DNA of 64,000 nt from Octopus vulgaris. Taxonomy: Eukaryota. Where the stretch lies: the NCBI GenBank assembly GCA_951406725.2, contig OX597833.1, positions 25,916,001 to 25,980,000 on the forward strand, given 5' to 3'. The notes under the pieces were generated by a model. The model saw only the letters and a program-made list of their open reading frames with translations. It did not search any database and had not been told where the DNA came from. This document shows positions 28,950 to 43,115 of this stretch, one piece after another (positions within the stretch are counted from its first letter, which is position 1; each line of letters opens with the position of its first letter). The position numbers were made by a program, and so were the translations under genes.

Positions 28950-29390
28950 CGAATCTTAAAGGTCAGCTAAGAACAATCGCACGTGTAACCAACCACGAAG
29001 TACAAATCAACAGTACAAAGAAATCAAATGCCAATCATTTTAAAACGGCAAGCACTTTGGCAATGGCAGAATCACCATCCCTCAACATCTACACATTCAA
29101 AGTAAATTGTCAAAAGTCCTTCAACAATACCACACCTGATAAATTCAGTGATTACTACTAAATTCAGGCCACAACAGACAGAGAGGATGTTCTTGAAGCC
29201 GAGGATTTTAAACTTACGTAGACAACATTTACATATCGCCTGAGGAAACGCAACTAGATCTCATAATGCAGGGAAGCGGTTGCATAATCAAGTACATGCA
29301 CGTATTGAGAACTACGTTGCGTGGAAACAATTGCAGTGATTAAACAATAAACGTCCAACTGTACTCCTTCGTTGCATCCAATGTTTTCAA
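28950..29390 (+). mobile_element. PLE 3' end (GIY-YIG tail) followed by a hammerhead-bearing terminal repeat
   Basis: RVTNHEVQIN...ANHFKT...IYTFKV, then the hammerhead motif at 29235-29340, then (TA)n. Confidence 0.6.
29235..29340 (+). ncRNA. Hammerhead-like motif, cleavage triplet mutated
   Basis: AUCGC-CUGAGGA-a-ACGCAAC...GUUGCGU-g-GAAAC-AAUU-GCA/GUGAU. Confidence 0.7.
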
Positions 29391-29391
29391 T

Positions 29392-29426
<35 letters not shown>

Positions 29427-29592
29427 ATATAAGAATACGAGAGGTTTAGCTTACTTGTGATCTAAACGAATAGGTACGCTGGGTAAGTGCTATAGTTGGC
29501 CGATCATTAGGTTCCAAGATCACAGCTAAGGGTGGATCTAGGGATCAGTGTTAGGGTTCTGTTATAGCATGTATATATTATATTATATTATA

Positions 29593-30096
29593 TTAGAGGA
29601 AAAAATCAGACCCAGGGCAGAACGAGTATCTCTAGTCATTTAGAATAATTTAATTTGGATAAGGTGAATTTGAAATCTTACTGCTGTTTCTGGGATAACC
29701 CAAGTGGTTGGTTAGGATCTCCGTGCACTGGGTATTCCGTCACCAGAGACAAGGTATGAACATTTTAGAGGGTGAGAATTTACAGTTTACAAGGAATAAA
29801 TTTCACAGTTTATAAAGAATATAATAGAAGAATAAAAAGTATAGGTAGAATATAGTCACGAGAATAATATTCACAACTCATCATTTTCCATAGGATATGG
29901 ATATTGGTTGGTACTCCCATGAACACTCTCCCCGTCTAAAATATTCATACCTTGTCTCTGATAACGAATACATGCTGAGCAGGCACTTAAGTTATCCCAG
30001 ATACAGCTGTAAGACTTCAAATTCACCTCACCCTAATTAAATTATTCTAAATGACTTGAGATACACGTTCTTCCTTGGTTTTTATTTTTCCTCTAA
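29593..30096. repeat. Inverted repeat (~170-bp arms), each arm carrying a decayed hammerhead
   Basis: Arms ~29593-29772 and ~29929-30096; motifs at 29675-29750 (-) and 29954-30015 (+). Confidence 0.85.
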
Positions 30097-30143
<47 letters not shown>

Positions 30144-30568
30144 TATTATTATTATTGTTATTATTATTATTGTTGTTATTATTATTATTATCATTATTAG
30201 GGAAGATTAATTCCGAGTCCGCTGGAATGAGACGTTCAAATTAAAGGTACTAAATTGAACTTCTCTCAATATTTTATTCTAATATATAAAAGCAGTTTTA
30301 GAGACAGAACCACCCTCAACTCAATCAACATTGAAAGATAGGATACCTGGCACGCTAGAAGGAATAGCCAAAATCCTGTTTTAGCTTTCGTATTTTTTAT
30401 TCGTATTTTTATCCTGTTGTATTCCTTACATTTTTAAGGTTCATTCATCATTTTTATTTTTATTCATTAATTTGTAAAGTAAAATTGTGTTAACGACTTT
30501 TAGTCAAATATTTTCAATTATTATAGATTTATATAGGATGTAGATATAGTAATAAATGTGCAGAATCC

Positions 30569-30668
30569 AGACCTGAAGTTTGGGGGTACGTCGACCTAAT
30601 TGAGTATTGAAACTAGAGACTTTGTATCTCAACAATACCGACATACTGTCCTGAAACACGTGTTGTCT
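30569..30668 (+). ncRNA. Hammerhead-like motif, A9 mutated
   Basis: AGAC-CUGAAGU-...GUACGUCG...CGACAUAC...-GAAAC-ACGU-GUU/GUCU. Confidence 0.65.
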
Positions 30669-30872
30669 TTAAAATGGATAGTATGGGATTCTGAATAGAT
30701 ATAGTAAGTATCATATTTAATATTTTATAGCTCGGTCGGATATAACATATTTCACTGTTGATTGAGTTGAGGGTGGTTCTGTCTCTAAAACTACTTTTAT
30801 ATACTTTTATATATACTGATAGAGATAGATAGGTAGATAGACAGACACGCACAGACAGATAATTTAACTTAC

Positions 30873-30971
30873 CTTGTATCCTATTAATGTGTTATCTCTA
30901 AACTCGGACGGTTTTAATTTCATTAGCACTTCTTCTAGCTGTGTGAGATTCTCTTTGCTCCGTGTCTTCAT
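30873..30971 (-). CDS. PLEKHG7: Exon of PLEKHG7-like RhoGEF gene
   Basis: attttcttcag|ATG...AAG|gtaagt; 99 nt, phase 0 to 0; MKTRSKENLTQLEEVLMKLKPSEFRDNTLIGYK. Confidence 0.85.
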
Positions 30972-31009
30972 CTGAAGAAAATATCAAGAAATTACTTATA
31001 GCGACTACA

Positions 31010-31068
<59 letters not shown>

Positions 31069-31097
31069 CATCATTATTATCATTATTATCATTATTA

Positions 31098-31159
<62 letters not shown>

Positions 31160-31529
31160 GTTGTTGTCGTTGTTGCTGTTGTTGTTGTTGTTATTATTAT
31201 TATTATTATGCAAAATTTGTCTTTTTTAGTAGTTCCATTTAACGTGAATACAGAGTTGTGCTACAGTTTCTATTGTGAAAGTTGAGAGATAATCATGCTT
31301 GGACGACTACACTAAAAAGTAATCAAAAATGAAAATGGTAAAAACTAAGATGTAGAGGCTTGCATAACGGGATCTGTTCAGAAACAAATAATTCAACGAA
31401 CATCTACTCAGTATTTGCTTTCATATATATTTGAGTTTCTCCCCCCGCTCTCTCTCTCTCTCTTTTACACTTTCTCTTTTTCTCCCTCTCTTCCTCCTTA
31501 AATCTCAGATGTGTGTGTATCTCTTTTAT

Positions 31530-31880
31530 ATTTTTAAACGCCTAGTACTTATCTTGTCGGTCTCTTTTAACGAAACAATAAGTTACGGGGATGTAAACAC
31601 ACCAATACCGGTTTTCAAGTGTCGATGGGGGGGGGACAAACACCGACACAAAGATACAAGCACACACACACACACACATGCACACACACATACAAATACA
31701 CATCTAAATATACATATATATATACATATGACGGGCTTCTTTCAGTTTCCACTTACTAGGCTTTGGACGGCCCGAAGACATAGTAAAAGACATTTATCCA
31801 AGGTGCTCAGCAGTGAGACTGAACCCAGAGCCATGTGGTTAGGAAGCAAGCTTCTTACAACACAACGACGCCCGCGCCTA
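31530..31880 (-). mobile_element. SINE family A
   Basis: Reverse complement of family A. Confidence 0.8.
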
Positions 31881-32459
31881 TGTATATGTATAGTGATACA
31901 TTTGTTTGCATTTTTGGGCTTTTGTGTATGTATTTATGTATGTGTATCACGGTGTCGGGTAGACTATCGGGGATGATATCGTACACATCTGGTGACAATG
32001 CACTTCGGACCGTTTTAGCTTTCGAATCACGCTTCTCCATTGGCTTGGACAACATTAACCCCGAACAGAAATCAAGTTCATTGGAGTTTCACGGATTGGA
32101 CATTTTACTCAATAATACTACTCAAAAACACAACGGACAACTGGTATGGGAAGCGAAACAACAAGCTAGTGATCCTGAGTGCAACACCCAAATAACTAAG
32201 CCACGCACCTTCTCTTATGTATTTATACAGGTACGACTTCGATTTTCCGGAACATTTCGTTCTAAAGTCTTCACGGATTACTGATGTCTTTCCGAATCAG
32301 CAGTGGTGATTATTAGATTAGTATAAATGATACAAGTCTATTAATATTGTATGGTGCAAAGTACTAGTCTCTGTAAAGTGCAAGTAAACTCCTCTTGCTC
32401 GTAAAGTAACGCATACTATCAGATGTTTCGGACTGTCAGTGTCCGAAAAGTAGTTGTAT

Positions 32460-32867
32460 ACTCTTTACACTTTTACTTGATTCAGTCATTTGACTGTGGT
32501 CATGCTGGAGCACCGCTATTAATCGAGAAAATCGATCGCAGGACTTATTCTTTGTAAGTCTAGTACTTATTCTATCGGTCTCTTTTGCCGAACCGCTAAG
32601 TTACGGGGACGTAAACACACCAGCATCGGTTGTTAAACGATGTTGGGGGTACAAACACAAGCACACAAACATATACACACACATACATATATATAATATA
32701 TATATATATACATATATACGACGGGCTTCTTTCGGTTTCCGTCTACCAAATCGACTCTCAAGGTTTGGTCGACCTGAGGCAACAGTAGAAGACACTTGCC
32801 CAAGGTGCCACGCAGTGGGACTGAACCCGGAACCGTGTAGTTCGTAAGCTACTTACCACACAGCCAT
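32460..32867 (-). mobile_element. SINE family A
   Basis: Reverse complement of family A, near full length. Confidence 0.88.
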
Positions 32868-33251
32868 GAACATATATACAAATACGCAAAGACACACACA
32901 CACTCACACACAAATACACATACATGCATACCTAGACATTTATAGACGTATACATACGCATATAGAGGCAGACATACATACATACAACCATACATACATA
33001 CATACATACATACATACATACATACACAGAATGGTGTATTAATTCAACATATTGCTGGATCTTTTTAAGGACCTAGTCTTGCTTCACAAGGCAATGGTAT
33101 ACACACATAAACTGAGACGACCGCTACATTCAGAGCAGTCTAAAATAAAACAATACCAGTAAAAGAATTTAAAATAAAAATTTAAAAAAAACAGTTGCTG
33201 CAAGGAAGAATATAAACTGAATTGTAAAGTACAGCACAAATATTTACTTAC

Positions 33252-33298
33252 CAATCGGAGAAGAGAAAATGTTTGTCGACTTTTTTTAGAATCAGCAA
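33252..33298 (-). CDS. PLEKHG7: Exon of PLEKHG7-like RhoGEF gene
   Basis: tattttacag|TT...TTG|gtaagt; 47 nt, phase 1 to 0; (V)ADSKKSRQTFSLLRL; phases match both neighbouring exons. Confidence 0.8.
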
Positions 33299-33604
33299 CT
33301 GTAAAATATAATCGAAAAACATATTGAATCAGGAAAATTATACAGTTTAGGGCGATAAAGCACATGTTTAAAAATCGAAAATGTTTAAATAAATCTACAC
33401 TGTTTTGAAAGTTTCGATTTGCTATCCTCATCCAATCTTGTCTGCATAAGTATGTACGTAGTATTTACAGGATTTCGGCAAGGTGCTTTAATATCAAATT
33501 TCTTAATGTGTGTGTGTATAAATACTCATATACGTGTATGTTTTGTGTGAGTGTAACTAACTACCTGACACGGTTTTTCTGTCTGTTTCTCACTTTGTAT
33601 ACAT

Positions 33605-34035
33605 GTGGTAAGAAACTTATTTCCCAGCCATATGGTTCCATGTTCAGTCCTACTGCGCGGCACCTTGGGCAAGTGTCTTCTACTACAGCATCGGGTCCCT
33701 CAAAGCCTTGTGAATGGATTAGTCAGGCAGAAACTGAAAGAAGCTCGTATATATACATATGTATGTGTGTGTGTGTGTGTGTGTGTGTGCGTGCGTGCGT
33801 GTGTGTGTATTTATGCGTGTGTCTGTGTTTGTTCCTCACCCATATCGCCTGACAACCGATGATGGTGTGAGTTGACGTACCAATAAAATAGCAATTCGGC
33901 AAAAGAGACCGATAGAATAAGTACTAGGCTTACAAAGAATAAGACCTGGGGTAGATTGCTGCGACTAAAACCGTTTAAGGAGGAGCTCCAGCATGACCGC
34001 AGTCAAATGACTGAAACAAATAAAAGAATAAAGGA
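33605..34035 (+). mobile_element. SINE family A
   Basis: Near full-length family A copy. Confidence 0.85.
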
Positions 34036-34782
34036 ATGTGTGTGTGTGTGTGTGTGTGTCTGTGTACATAAAGCTTCAGTCAATTGAAATATGCAGATGC
34101 TACTCTGGCTTCAATTGAAAGAGAATGCCAAACCATCTCCAAATACGCAAACTGAACGTTGCAGTGTTCCGTGACTCTGGTCACGTAACAACATTTGTCA
34201 TGTGATTCAAGTGATAGTTTCTTCAGTATGAAAATGTTTTATTGTATCATACAGTATTGTGATAAAATACATATTTAATGTTTGCGACACATTATATGTG
34301 TGGAGCGTATTTAGTGTTGCTGTATACGAGTACTGTGTGATTAAGCGAATATTCTGTTTCAGTTCATGTGAAAGGTTTTTTATGGCATTACTACAAGAAA
34401 ATCGACCTTATGGCTATGATCGTTCCTTGAATTGTATCAATTAAATATGCACAGTTATTCTTTTACTGTTTGCAAGCATTGAACAGTGACCTTCCTCGAT
34501 ATAGTGCCTTAAGACGTTATATTACTTCGTTTACCAACTGCTACTTATGCCATGAATATAGCAAGTTGAAAGGAAAATGGGCTTGAAGGAAATATGAACA
34601 CATCATCGCAAAGAATCATAACTAGGTGCCACAAATTACTGTGCCTTACGCCTGATCAATTTTCCAATCTGTTTAATACTATATATCGCATTATTTTAAA
34701 TCGGCTTTCGTAATGGAATTATAGAAATATTTACTTATGAGAAGAAAGGAGACAAGAGAATTATTTTGCATCATAAGCTTAC

Positions 34783-34958
34783 CTGACTCAGAGTAGATGG
34801 TGGGTAAATCTTGCCTTGTAGCAAAATCTGCCACAGTATTTCGTTTTGTAAGCTTTTTATTATGGGGTGGAACTCTGTGTCCTAGAAGGTCACCTGGGTA
34901 CACTGTCATTGGAATATCCACAGAGCTGCGCCTTCGCCGTAGACGTCCCGCTAAGTTA
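34783..34958 (-). CDS. PLEKHG7: Exon of PLEKHG7-like RhoGEF gene
   Basis: ttgttttgtag|T...TCAG|gtaagc; 176 nt, phase 2 to 1; NLAGRLRRRRSSVDIPMTVYPGDLLGHRVPPHNKKLTKRNTVADFATRQDLPTIYSES. Confidence 0.8.
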
Positions 34959-37900
34959 CTACAAAACAAATATTAAAGATCACATTTATTGAAAGCAAAA
35001 TTCAAGGCTCTTCAATATCTATTGGCATGGTTCATGTTAAAATATTTGAGAAAAAAAAAGCTTTAAGCAAATTTCCCACTCTTCACAATAAATAATACTA
35101 TTTAAGGCTAAAGCCTCAAATGTTTTTCATCGACTCCCAGTGTTCAATTACTACTTGTTTCATCGACCCTGAAATGTTCAAAGGTTAAGTGAACCACAAA
35201 AAAAAAGAAGAATATGACACGGTTACACACAATGATAAATACGATACAAGGGATAATATGCTCATTACATTTGAAATGTTTGAAATATTTCTGTAAAAAT
35301 TATAGATGTACATCAATCTTCTACAAATTTCTCTTTTCTTGTTTTTATAAGTGTTTTTTGAATTTATATTTTAAGGAAGGATATGAAAAGTTTCAGGTTA
35401 AATCACACCTGTACATATTCACACACACACACACATACACACACACAACACACACACACATACATACAAATACATGCACGCACGCACATACACACACCCA
35501 AGTACATACACGCACACATACATGCACACACATGCCCCCGCCCCCACATACACACAATTATGTGCTTTCCGTGTATTGAGATATAACAGAAAGAAAACAT
35601 TTTTATGTTGTGAAACACCAAAGTGTATGAACTGAAATTTACAAGAAGGAGAATGAGGATAGTATTTTTGAGACCTTCCATGGGCAAGGACGTTTGTATA
35701 AGGTTACAGGGAGAAAGTTACAGGGAGAAAGAACATAAGAAGTGTTTTGCGGGGATCTGTGAAATGAGTCATAGAGAGGAGGAGTCATGAATGGTCAGGT
35801 ACAACTATATAGAGGGAGTATGTAGTAACTGTTAATAGTTAACAAGTTCAGAAGCAGTTATAGAAGCGGTAGAAAACGGAGATAAAAAAATGTTTGTTCA
35901 GTAGTAAAACTTTAACAATCGTGTAACCTTTTTTCTACAAATAAGCATAAATATTTGAGGTTCTAAGAATATACAGTATAGGCTGGATAAAGCAAGAGCT
36001 GAATTATGAAATATATAAATAAATATATGTAAATAAATACAAATTGAGTGAGTAGTTTTATTAGAAACTTTAGAGGCAAAATTGAATCTTGTACACATAA
36101 TATAGCAATTAGAACAAATGAAAGTTCAAAGATGGATCTCATGGAAACTAGAGACATGTTGTCACCTATGGTGTTACTACATTGGTTATCAGTGTTGTAT
36201 TAGAAATTCCACACGGGAAATAACTGGTTAGTACATGTGATAAGGATGTTCGAAGATATAGATCTCCTACACAGAAATGACATTGTCTAGCAGAAGCTGG
36301 GCGAATAGTAACGTGACTGGGAGAAAGAAGGAAAAAACTGAAGTACTTAATTACAGCTCATTGAAAATGTATAGGACTTGATAATAATTCTTGTGTCGAA
36401 GCAACACCACAGGACTGTATGGAAGAGTTGGCAATAATTAATAAAATGACTCAAGTAGAATATCATCATTTTGTTTCTCTAGTAATGAACAAAGATTGAA
36501 TAACATTAGATAGCAAAATGGTTTTCTCTGTTTAGCAATTATCAATAAATAGAGCTGCCACTTCGATTATTTGAACTTGAAGATCGTTTTCAAGATCTAT
36601 CTCCAATTCAAGATCCGTCTTCGTTTTGGTAAATACGTCTACCGATTCTCGATAGAATATCGTGTAATCAACAACGGATATGGATTTCTTTGGTGTGTAG
36701 TAATCAATGAGAATTATACTGTCACTTTTGGCGCGATTCGATCCATTCATTACACCGAAACCAAGAATCAAGTGACATATCTGCAGCGGAAGCTGTCTGA
36801 GTTTTCTTGCTGAAAGAATTACAACTCCCAGATGTCTGTGAATAGAATTACTGTCATTCTATTTTAGTGTGAGCAATGCGCATAAACACACTCTGGCACA
36901 AATACAGACACATACACATACACACAACAGGCACACTCAAGCACACAAACACACACATACGCACGCACAGATATGACACAACACAGGCGATTCCTATGAG
37001 ATTTATTCCTGCATGATAATAGATTCCATGCACGGATATTTCCCGACTAATGTGCTGGAATGTGCGTTAATATAAACACTATATTTAGATATAGTCGATA
37101 TTTAAAGAGAGAAAGCAAGGGGCAGAGATAGTGAGGGCAAAGAGAATATTAAGAGAGAAACAGGAAAAATAATGACTCTGAGAGAGAGAGAGAGTGTGTG
37201 TGCAAGGGAGAGAAAGAGAGAGAGGGTGTGTATATGCGAGGGCGAGAAAGAGAGACGAAGACAGAAAGAAAGGAGAGAGGAAGAGAACTATTACTACGCA
37301 AAATGTCTACGAGTATTTAAATTCGGACAGATGCAGAACATCGGGGAGAATGCGGTCTCAAGTCAAATCACATCGTGGTCACTTTTGCTTTTCATCCTTC
37401 CGAAGTTGATAAATTTTCAGTTCAGTTACAGAAGCCCTTTCTTCTCTTTCTCTTTCACCTTTTCTCTCTTGAAAAAAATCAGTTGTGATGGAATGTAACC
37501 TATCAAGTTTTAAAATGCTCTCAACACATGTAAAATGTCACAAATATGTCCCTACAACTTGATCATTTAACGAGAAATTGGCACGTCATTTAGAAAACCT
37601 AAACGGGAAATCTCTCAGGAACAAATCAGTTTTAAATATTGATTGAAACTATTTCTGTTTATCTATACAACTAAAAGCTTTAGGGCAGAGCCCTTCAATT
37701 CTTGTTTTCCATTACCACCCAACCCAAATAACTTTTCTACTAATTGTAAAGAAATGTATTTGAGCCGTAGCGGGGTGGGTAACATTCCAGCGAATCTCCA
37801 CTATTACCTCCGCTCCTATTCTCCTTTGATGCCAGGCACTCTATATATTCTATTCCAGATCTTAATATCATTTTGGTGCTAAAATATCTCATTTATTTTC

Positions 37901-38719
37901 CCCCACTTCAGAATATTATACAATTCTTATACATAGCCAAGAGATCGCCAACACTTCCACCTACTAAAACCACAAAGCTCTGTAGTTGTACCTTTAGTAT
38001 AAGCAAAATTGTAACAACAAATGTTTCTTGAAATCAGTACTTGTTGTTTTAAGAAAACGAATAACACATTGAATAATTAAGGTTTCGACATACGACATCT
38101 AAACAACAGTCAACAACAACAACAATGAGAAGTCTATGTGGTATAGTTATATGATAAACAAACGAACGAATAATTGGTGAGTGGTTTAAAAGTTTTCATT
38201 GAAATTACAAGGCCTCGGGTTCGATCGTACAGCAGGGCATCTTGGGTACGTGGCTTTCACCATAGCTTCTGGAAAGTTGGTAGACGGCATTTCTTAGAAT
38301 CCTTGCGAATGGATTATATATGTATTTCAAAGGTGACTCCACTGGGTACCGCAGATCCTGTTATTTTAAGGCTGCTCGTATCTATCATATAAACTTACCC
38401 ACTGTGGTAGAATTAGCATGTAAGTCTAATGACTTATATACTAATTAAATGAGCAGGTAATCCAATTAACTGAACAAGTAAATAATCATCGTCGAAACAG
38501 ACGGAAATCTATTTTATTTACACGATTAAAAACAAAGGCAATATTTCACCGGAAATAGAATTAATGTCGTCTCAATAGAGTATTTACATTCCGTTTTCTA
38601 GTTTTTAAATTCTATGTAGACAAACCAGCCTTCCGTTATTTCCAGTGTTGAGGCGAAGCACAAAATGTAGAGTTTTAGTGTCAATACAAAACTGTATTTA
38701 GCTGTGTCCGGAACATTAT

Positions 38720-39094
38720 AAACCACATGGTTCTGGGTTCAGTCCCATTGCGTGGCACCATGGGCAAGTGTCTTCTGCAATAGCCTCGGGCTGATTAAAG
38801 CCTCGTGAGTGGATTTGGTAGACGGAAACCGAAAGAAGCCCGTCGTATATATGTATATATATCTATATATATGTGCGTGTATAGGTTTGTGTGCTTGTGT
38901 TTGTCCCCCAACATCGCTTGACAACCGATGCTGGTGTGTTTACGTCCCCGTAACTTAGCGGTTCGGCAAAAGAGACCGATAGAATAAGTACTTGGCTTAC
39001 AAAGAATAAGTCCTGGGGACGATTTGCTTGACTAAAGGCGGTGCTCCAGCATGGCCACAGTCAAATGACTGAAACAAGTAAAAGAGTAAAAGAG
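38720..39094 (+). mobile_element. SINE family A
   Basis: Family A copy lacking the first ~35 nt. Confidence 0.88.
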
Positions 39095-40029
39095 GTCTCT
39101 TACGAGTGTAAATATCTACAGCTTCCATGATTTTTTTAATCATTTGGGTGTTGATAAGATATTCATCAGTGATATTTTAGTGATTAAGGTGGATAATTGA
39201 CAGACTCGTAAGAACGTCGAACAAAATATATAACGATATCTACTTCTATACCCTTTGTTTGAGTTCAAACCTCACCGAGGTAAATTTTTATATTTTCGAG
39301 GACGATAAAATACCAATCTTGGGTGGTGGATTGGCGGAAGCGTTAAAATGACGAATGTGTGGTTGTTTTTATTTTGGGTTCACCTCCCAACTTTGTCTAC
39401 TTCAATTATAACATTAATAAGAAAAAGGTTTCCTGTTTAATGATCCCGTTACCCCTCTATCCCATTAGCTTTCAAGACCTTATGTATATACTGCACACTA
39501 TTCTTTCCTTCTAGTTGAAAGATGAAAAAAAAAAGCACTTATATTAATTAGTTTAGCAAAGATTTTGCAGCCAAATCTTCGACCTAGTTCTGACTAAAGA
39601 ATTGAGCGTCAATCGTTGCGGTATAGTAATCGGTACAATAGACATCGTTATGGATAAAGAGCCAGAGGGAGAAAAACGAGAGAGAAGGGGAGAGGTGTGT
39701 GTAAATTGTCTGATAGTGGTTTGTAAATAGGTAAATTAGCAAACCAGTTATCTTTTATCTTTTGTTTCAGTTATAAGACAGCGGCCATGATGGGGCAACA
39801 CTTTCAAGAATTTTACTTGAATGAATCGACTCCCTTATTATTTTTTTGAAGCCTGGTACTTATTCTATCAGTCTGTTTTCCCGATCTGCTATGATGGGGG
39901 GATGTGGGAATATGGGGACGTAGAGACGTAAACAGACCACCACCGGTGATAGGGGTGGCGGTGCAAAAACAGACACATCACACACACACTCACACACATA
40001 TACGACGGATTCTTTCAGTTTCGGTCAAC

Positions 40030-40160
40030 CATCCTTTCATCCTTTCGGGGTCGATAAATTAAGTACCAGTTACGCACTTGGGTCGATGTAATCGACTTAA
40101 TCCCTTTGTCTGTCTTTGTTTGTCCCCTCTATGTTTAGCCCCTTGTGGGCAATAGAGAAA
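40030..40160 (+). mobile_element. SINE family B, 3' half
   Basis: cctttcatcctttcggggtcgataaattaagtacc...ccccttgtgggcaatagagaaat. Confidence 0.85.
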
Positions 40161-40759
40161 TGAGAATACCGGCTTGATATAAATTTCAGGTTGACTCTTC
40201 AAACAAGCTGCGAGCAATCTTATTCGTGGATGATGGGAGATGGCAGAGGAAAGAGAAAATAGTAAGAAGTGGAAACATTGAAAGCAAAACTGAAATCAAA
40301 TAAACAAATGAACTCCCAGTATTGGTAGAGCAAACGGAGCAAAGACGAAATCACAAATGGACTGAATGAATCTTGTTCTATTTCTATCTGACTGAACATG
40401 CGCACATGCATATACATATACATACGAAACTCACAAGCACTGACAGACATACAGAAGCATTTTTAACCTATTTAACAATACATATACACACATACATACG
40501 TACGAACGTACGAACACATGTATGTATGTATGTATGTGTATGTGTGATTATATCAAGTCATATATATAAATCGATTTAACATTATACTAATGTATTGCTT
40601 AAAAGTTTTGCTCTTTCTGATGTGTTCTTATTTTTTACAAAGAAAACATTCATAACGACCTCGAGCAACTTCGGTATGCTTGCCGTTATCGGAAAGTCAG
40701 ATGGCAATCTAATCAAATTAAACCTGGCCTATACAACATAAATCTGTACTTTTTTTTTA

Positions 40760-41045
40760 TCTGTTATATGTTTCAGTCAGTAGACTGCGGCCAAGCTAGG
40801 AATCCGCCCTGAATAATTTTAGTCGAACGAATTGACTTCAGCACTTATTTTTAAACCTGGTACTTATTCTATCGGTCTCTTTCTTGTCGAACCACTAAGA
40901 TACATATGCACGTAAATACACAGACACCATTTGTTAAGGCGTGGTGGGGGACAAACATAAATATGAAATCATACACAGATACATATGTTTCAGTTTCCGT
41001 CTACCAAACAAACTCTTAGGACCTTGGTCGACCCGAGGCAACGCA
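40760..41045 (-). mobile_element. SINE family A, diverged
   Basis: Diverged reverse complement; similar relics at ~39750-40025 and ~53910-54080. Confidence 0.7.
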
Positions 41046-41424
41046 CTATGACTGGACATATAACGGGATTAAGCACTGGAAATTGAGTGCATGTGTCTTT
41101 GTTTTTACTTCCCAGCAAGAAGTTTCTTATTTGGGAAAATTTTTTTAAAAGTTGATTTGAAGTAGGTTTTATCATATACATCCATGACAACTGTGGAGTC
41201 ATGCATGCTTATTTATTAGACATTTCACTGATATTTAAATCACTTCTTTCGAAGCGCAGCATGTCTAACGGCAAAGTATATCCACCATTGCAACTTTAAT
41301 CAATATATCAATATTAAATATATTTTCAAATTTTGGAACCATGCCAGCAGTTTCAGGGAGAGGGTAAGTTGATTGGTACTTAATTAACTGAATTTTGATT
41401 AAGAACGTAAAGATAGACGAAATA

Positions 41425-41660
41425 CCTATTTCTTTACTACCCACAAGGGGCTAAACACAGAGGGGACAAACAAGGACAGACAAACGGATTAAGTCGATTA
41501 TATCGACCCCAGTGCGTAACTGGTACTTATTTAATCGCCCCCGAAAGAATGAAAGGCAAAGTCGACCTCGGCTGAATTTGAACTCAGAACGTAGCGGCTG
41601 ACAAAATATCGCTAAGCATTTCGCTCGATGTGTTAAGGATTCTGCCAGCTTGCCTCCTTA
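41425..41660 (-). mobile_element. SINE family B
   Basis: Close match to 44374-44609. Confidence 0.9.
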
Positions 41661-42132
41661 CAAAGCTATAAATATTATTATTCCTTAATATACACGAGAG
41701 ATTAGGGGTATCCTTCTCAGTAGGTTATATGTCAAAGTGCTCAATAATCATGAACATACAGAAATATACAATACTACAACGCTCCGTGGCCTACTTATAT
41801 TAACATCAACAATTCGTGGCATATTCTCTAATATAAAAATAAAGTTTACCGGAACACAAGCCTATTTCAGAAAAACGAGGCAATAATAAAATATGTCTCT
41901 TTGTAATCATTTTATGCTTTTTGATTTACTTTCAAAAAATTGATATTTATAGCTCCAAAGATGGTCTAAAGCGGTATATGCAGTTTCAGCTTTGATATAC
42001 TCTATATACAATCACAAGAATCGATTCCCATGAATGTTGATTTACATATTCTTTGGTTGTATTCTTAGGTGTGTGTGTAGCCTAGTTAAAGAGGAAGGTC
42101 TTTTCCTTGCTGAAGGAGGTACATATTAATAC

Positions 42133-42191
<59 letters not shown>

Positions 42192-42200
42192 ATATTTATG

Positions 42201-42376
<176 letters not shown>

Positions 42377-42609
42377 ATATGTATGTATAAAGTAGAGTCC
42401 ACAGTTATCCATAGGTAGGAGAGGTGCAGCCGGAGGGTAAAATGTCCAAAAGAGAATCCGTAAAGGGTAGAAAGGTAGAAAGTCCAGCGAAGTTCGTGGG
42501 TGATAAGAGGTGACAGGATCAACAAACGCACACACATATATATATCTGTGTGTGTGTGTGTGTGTGGGTGTGTATGTGTTTGTGAGTGTGTGTAGATGTA
42601 TGTATATAT

Positions 42610-43115
<506 letters not shown>

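Noticed and set aside
30925-30980. Hammerhead-like ctgaaga/agct words
   Set aside because: No GAAAC or stems; the segment is explained as a coding exon and its acceptor.
31985-32290. Plus-strand 149-aa ORF or piggyBac-like relic
   Set aside because: The ORF starts inside a SINE, and the DNF..LL-like similarity requires a frameshift and is too weak to call.
35640-36500. Possible LINE RT remnant (DMLSPMV)
   Set aside because: Only one weak motif; not enough to support a call.
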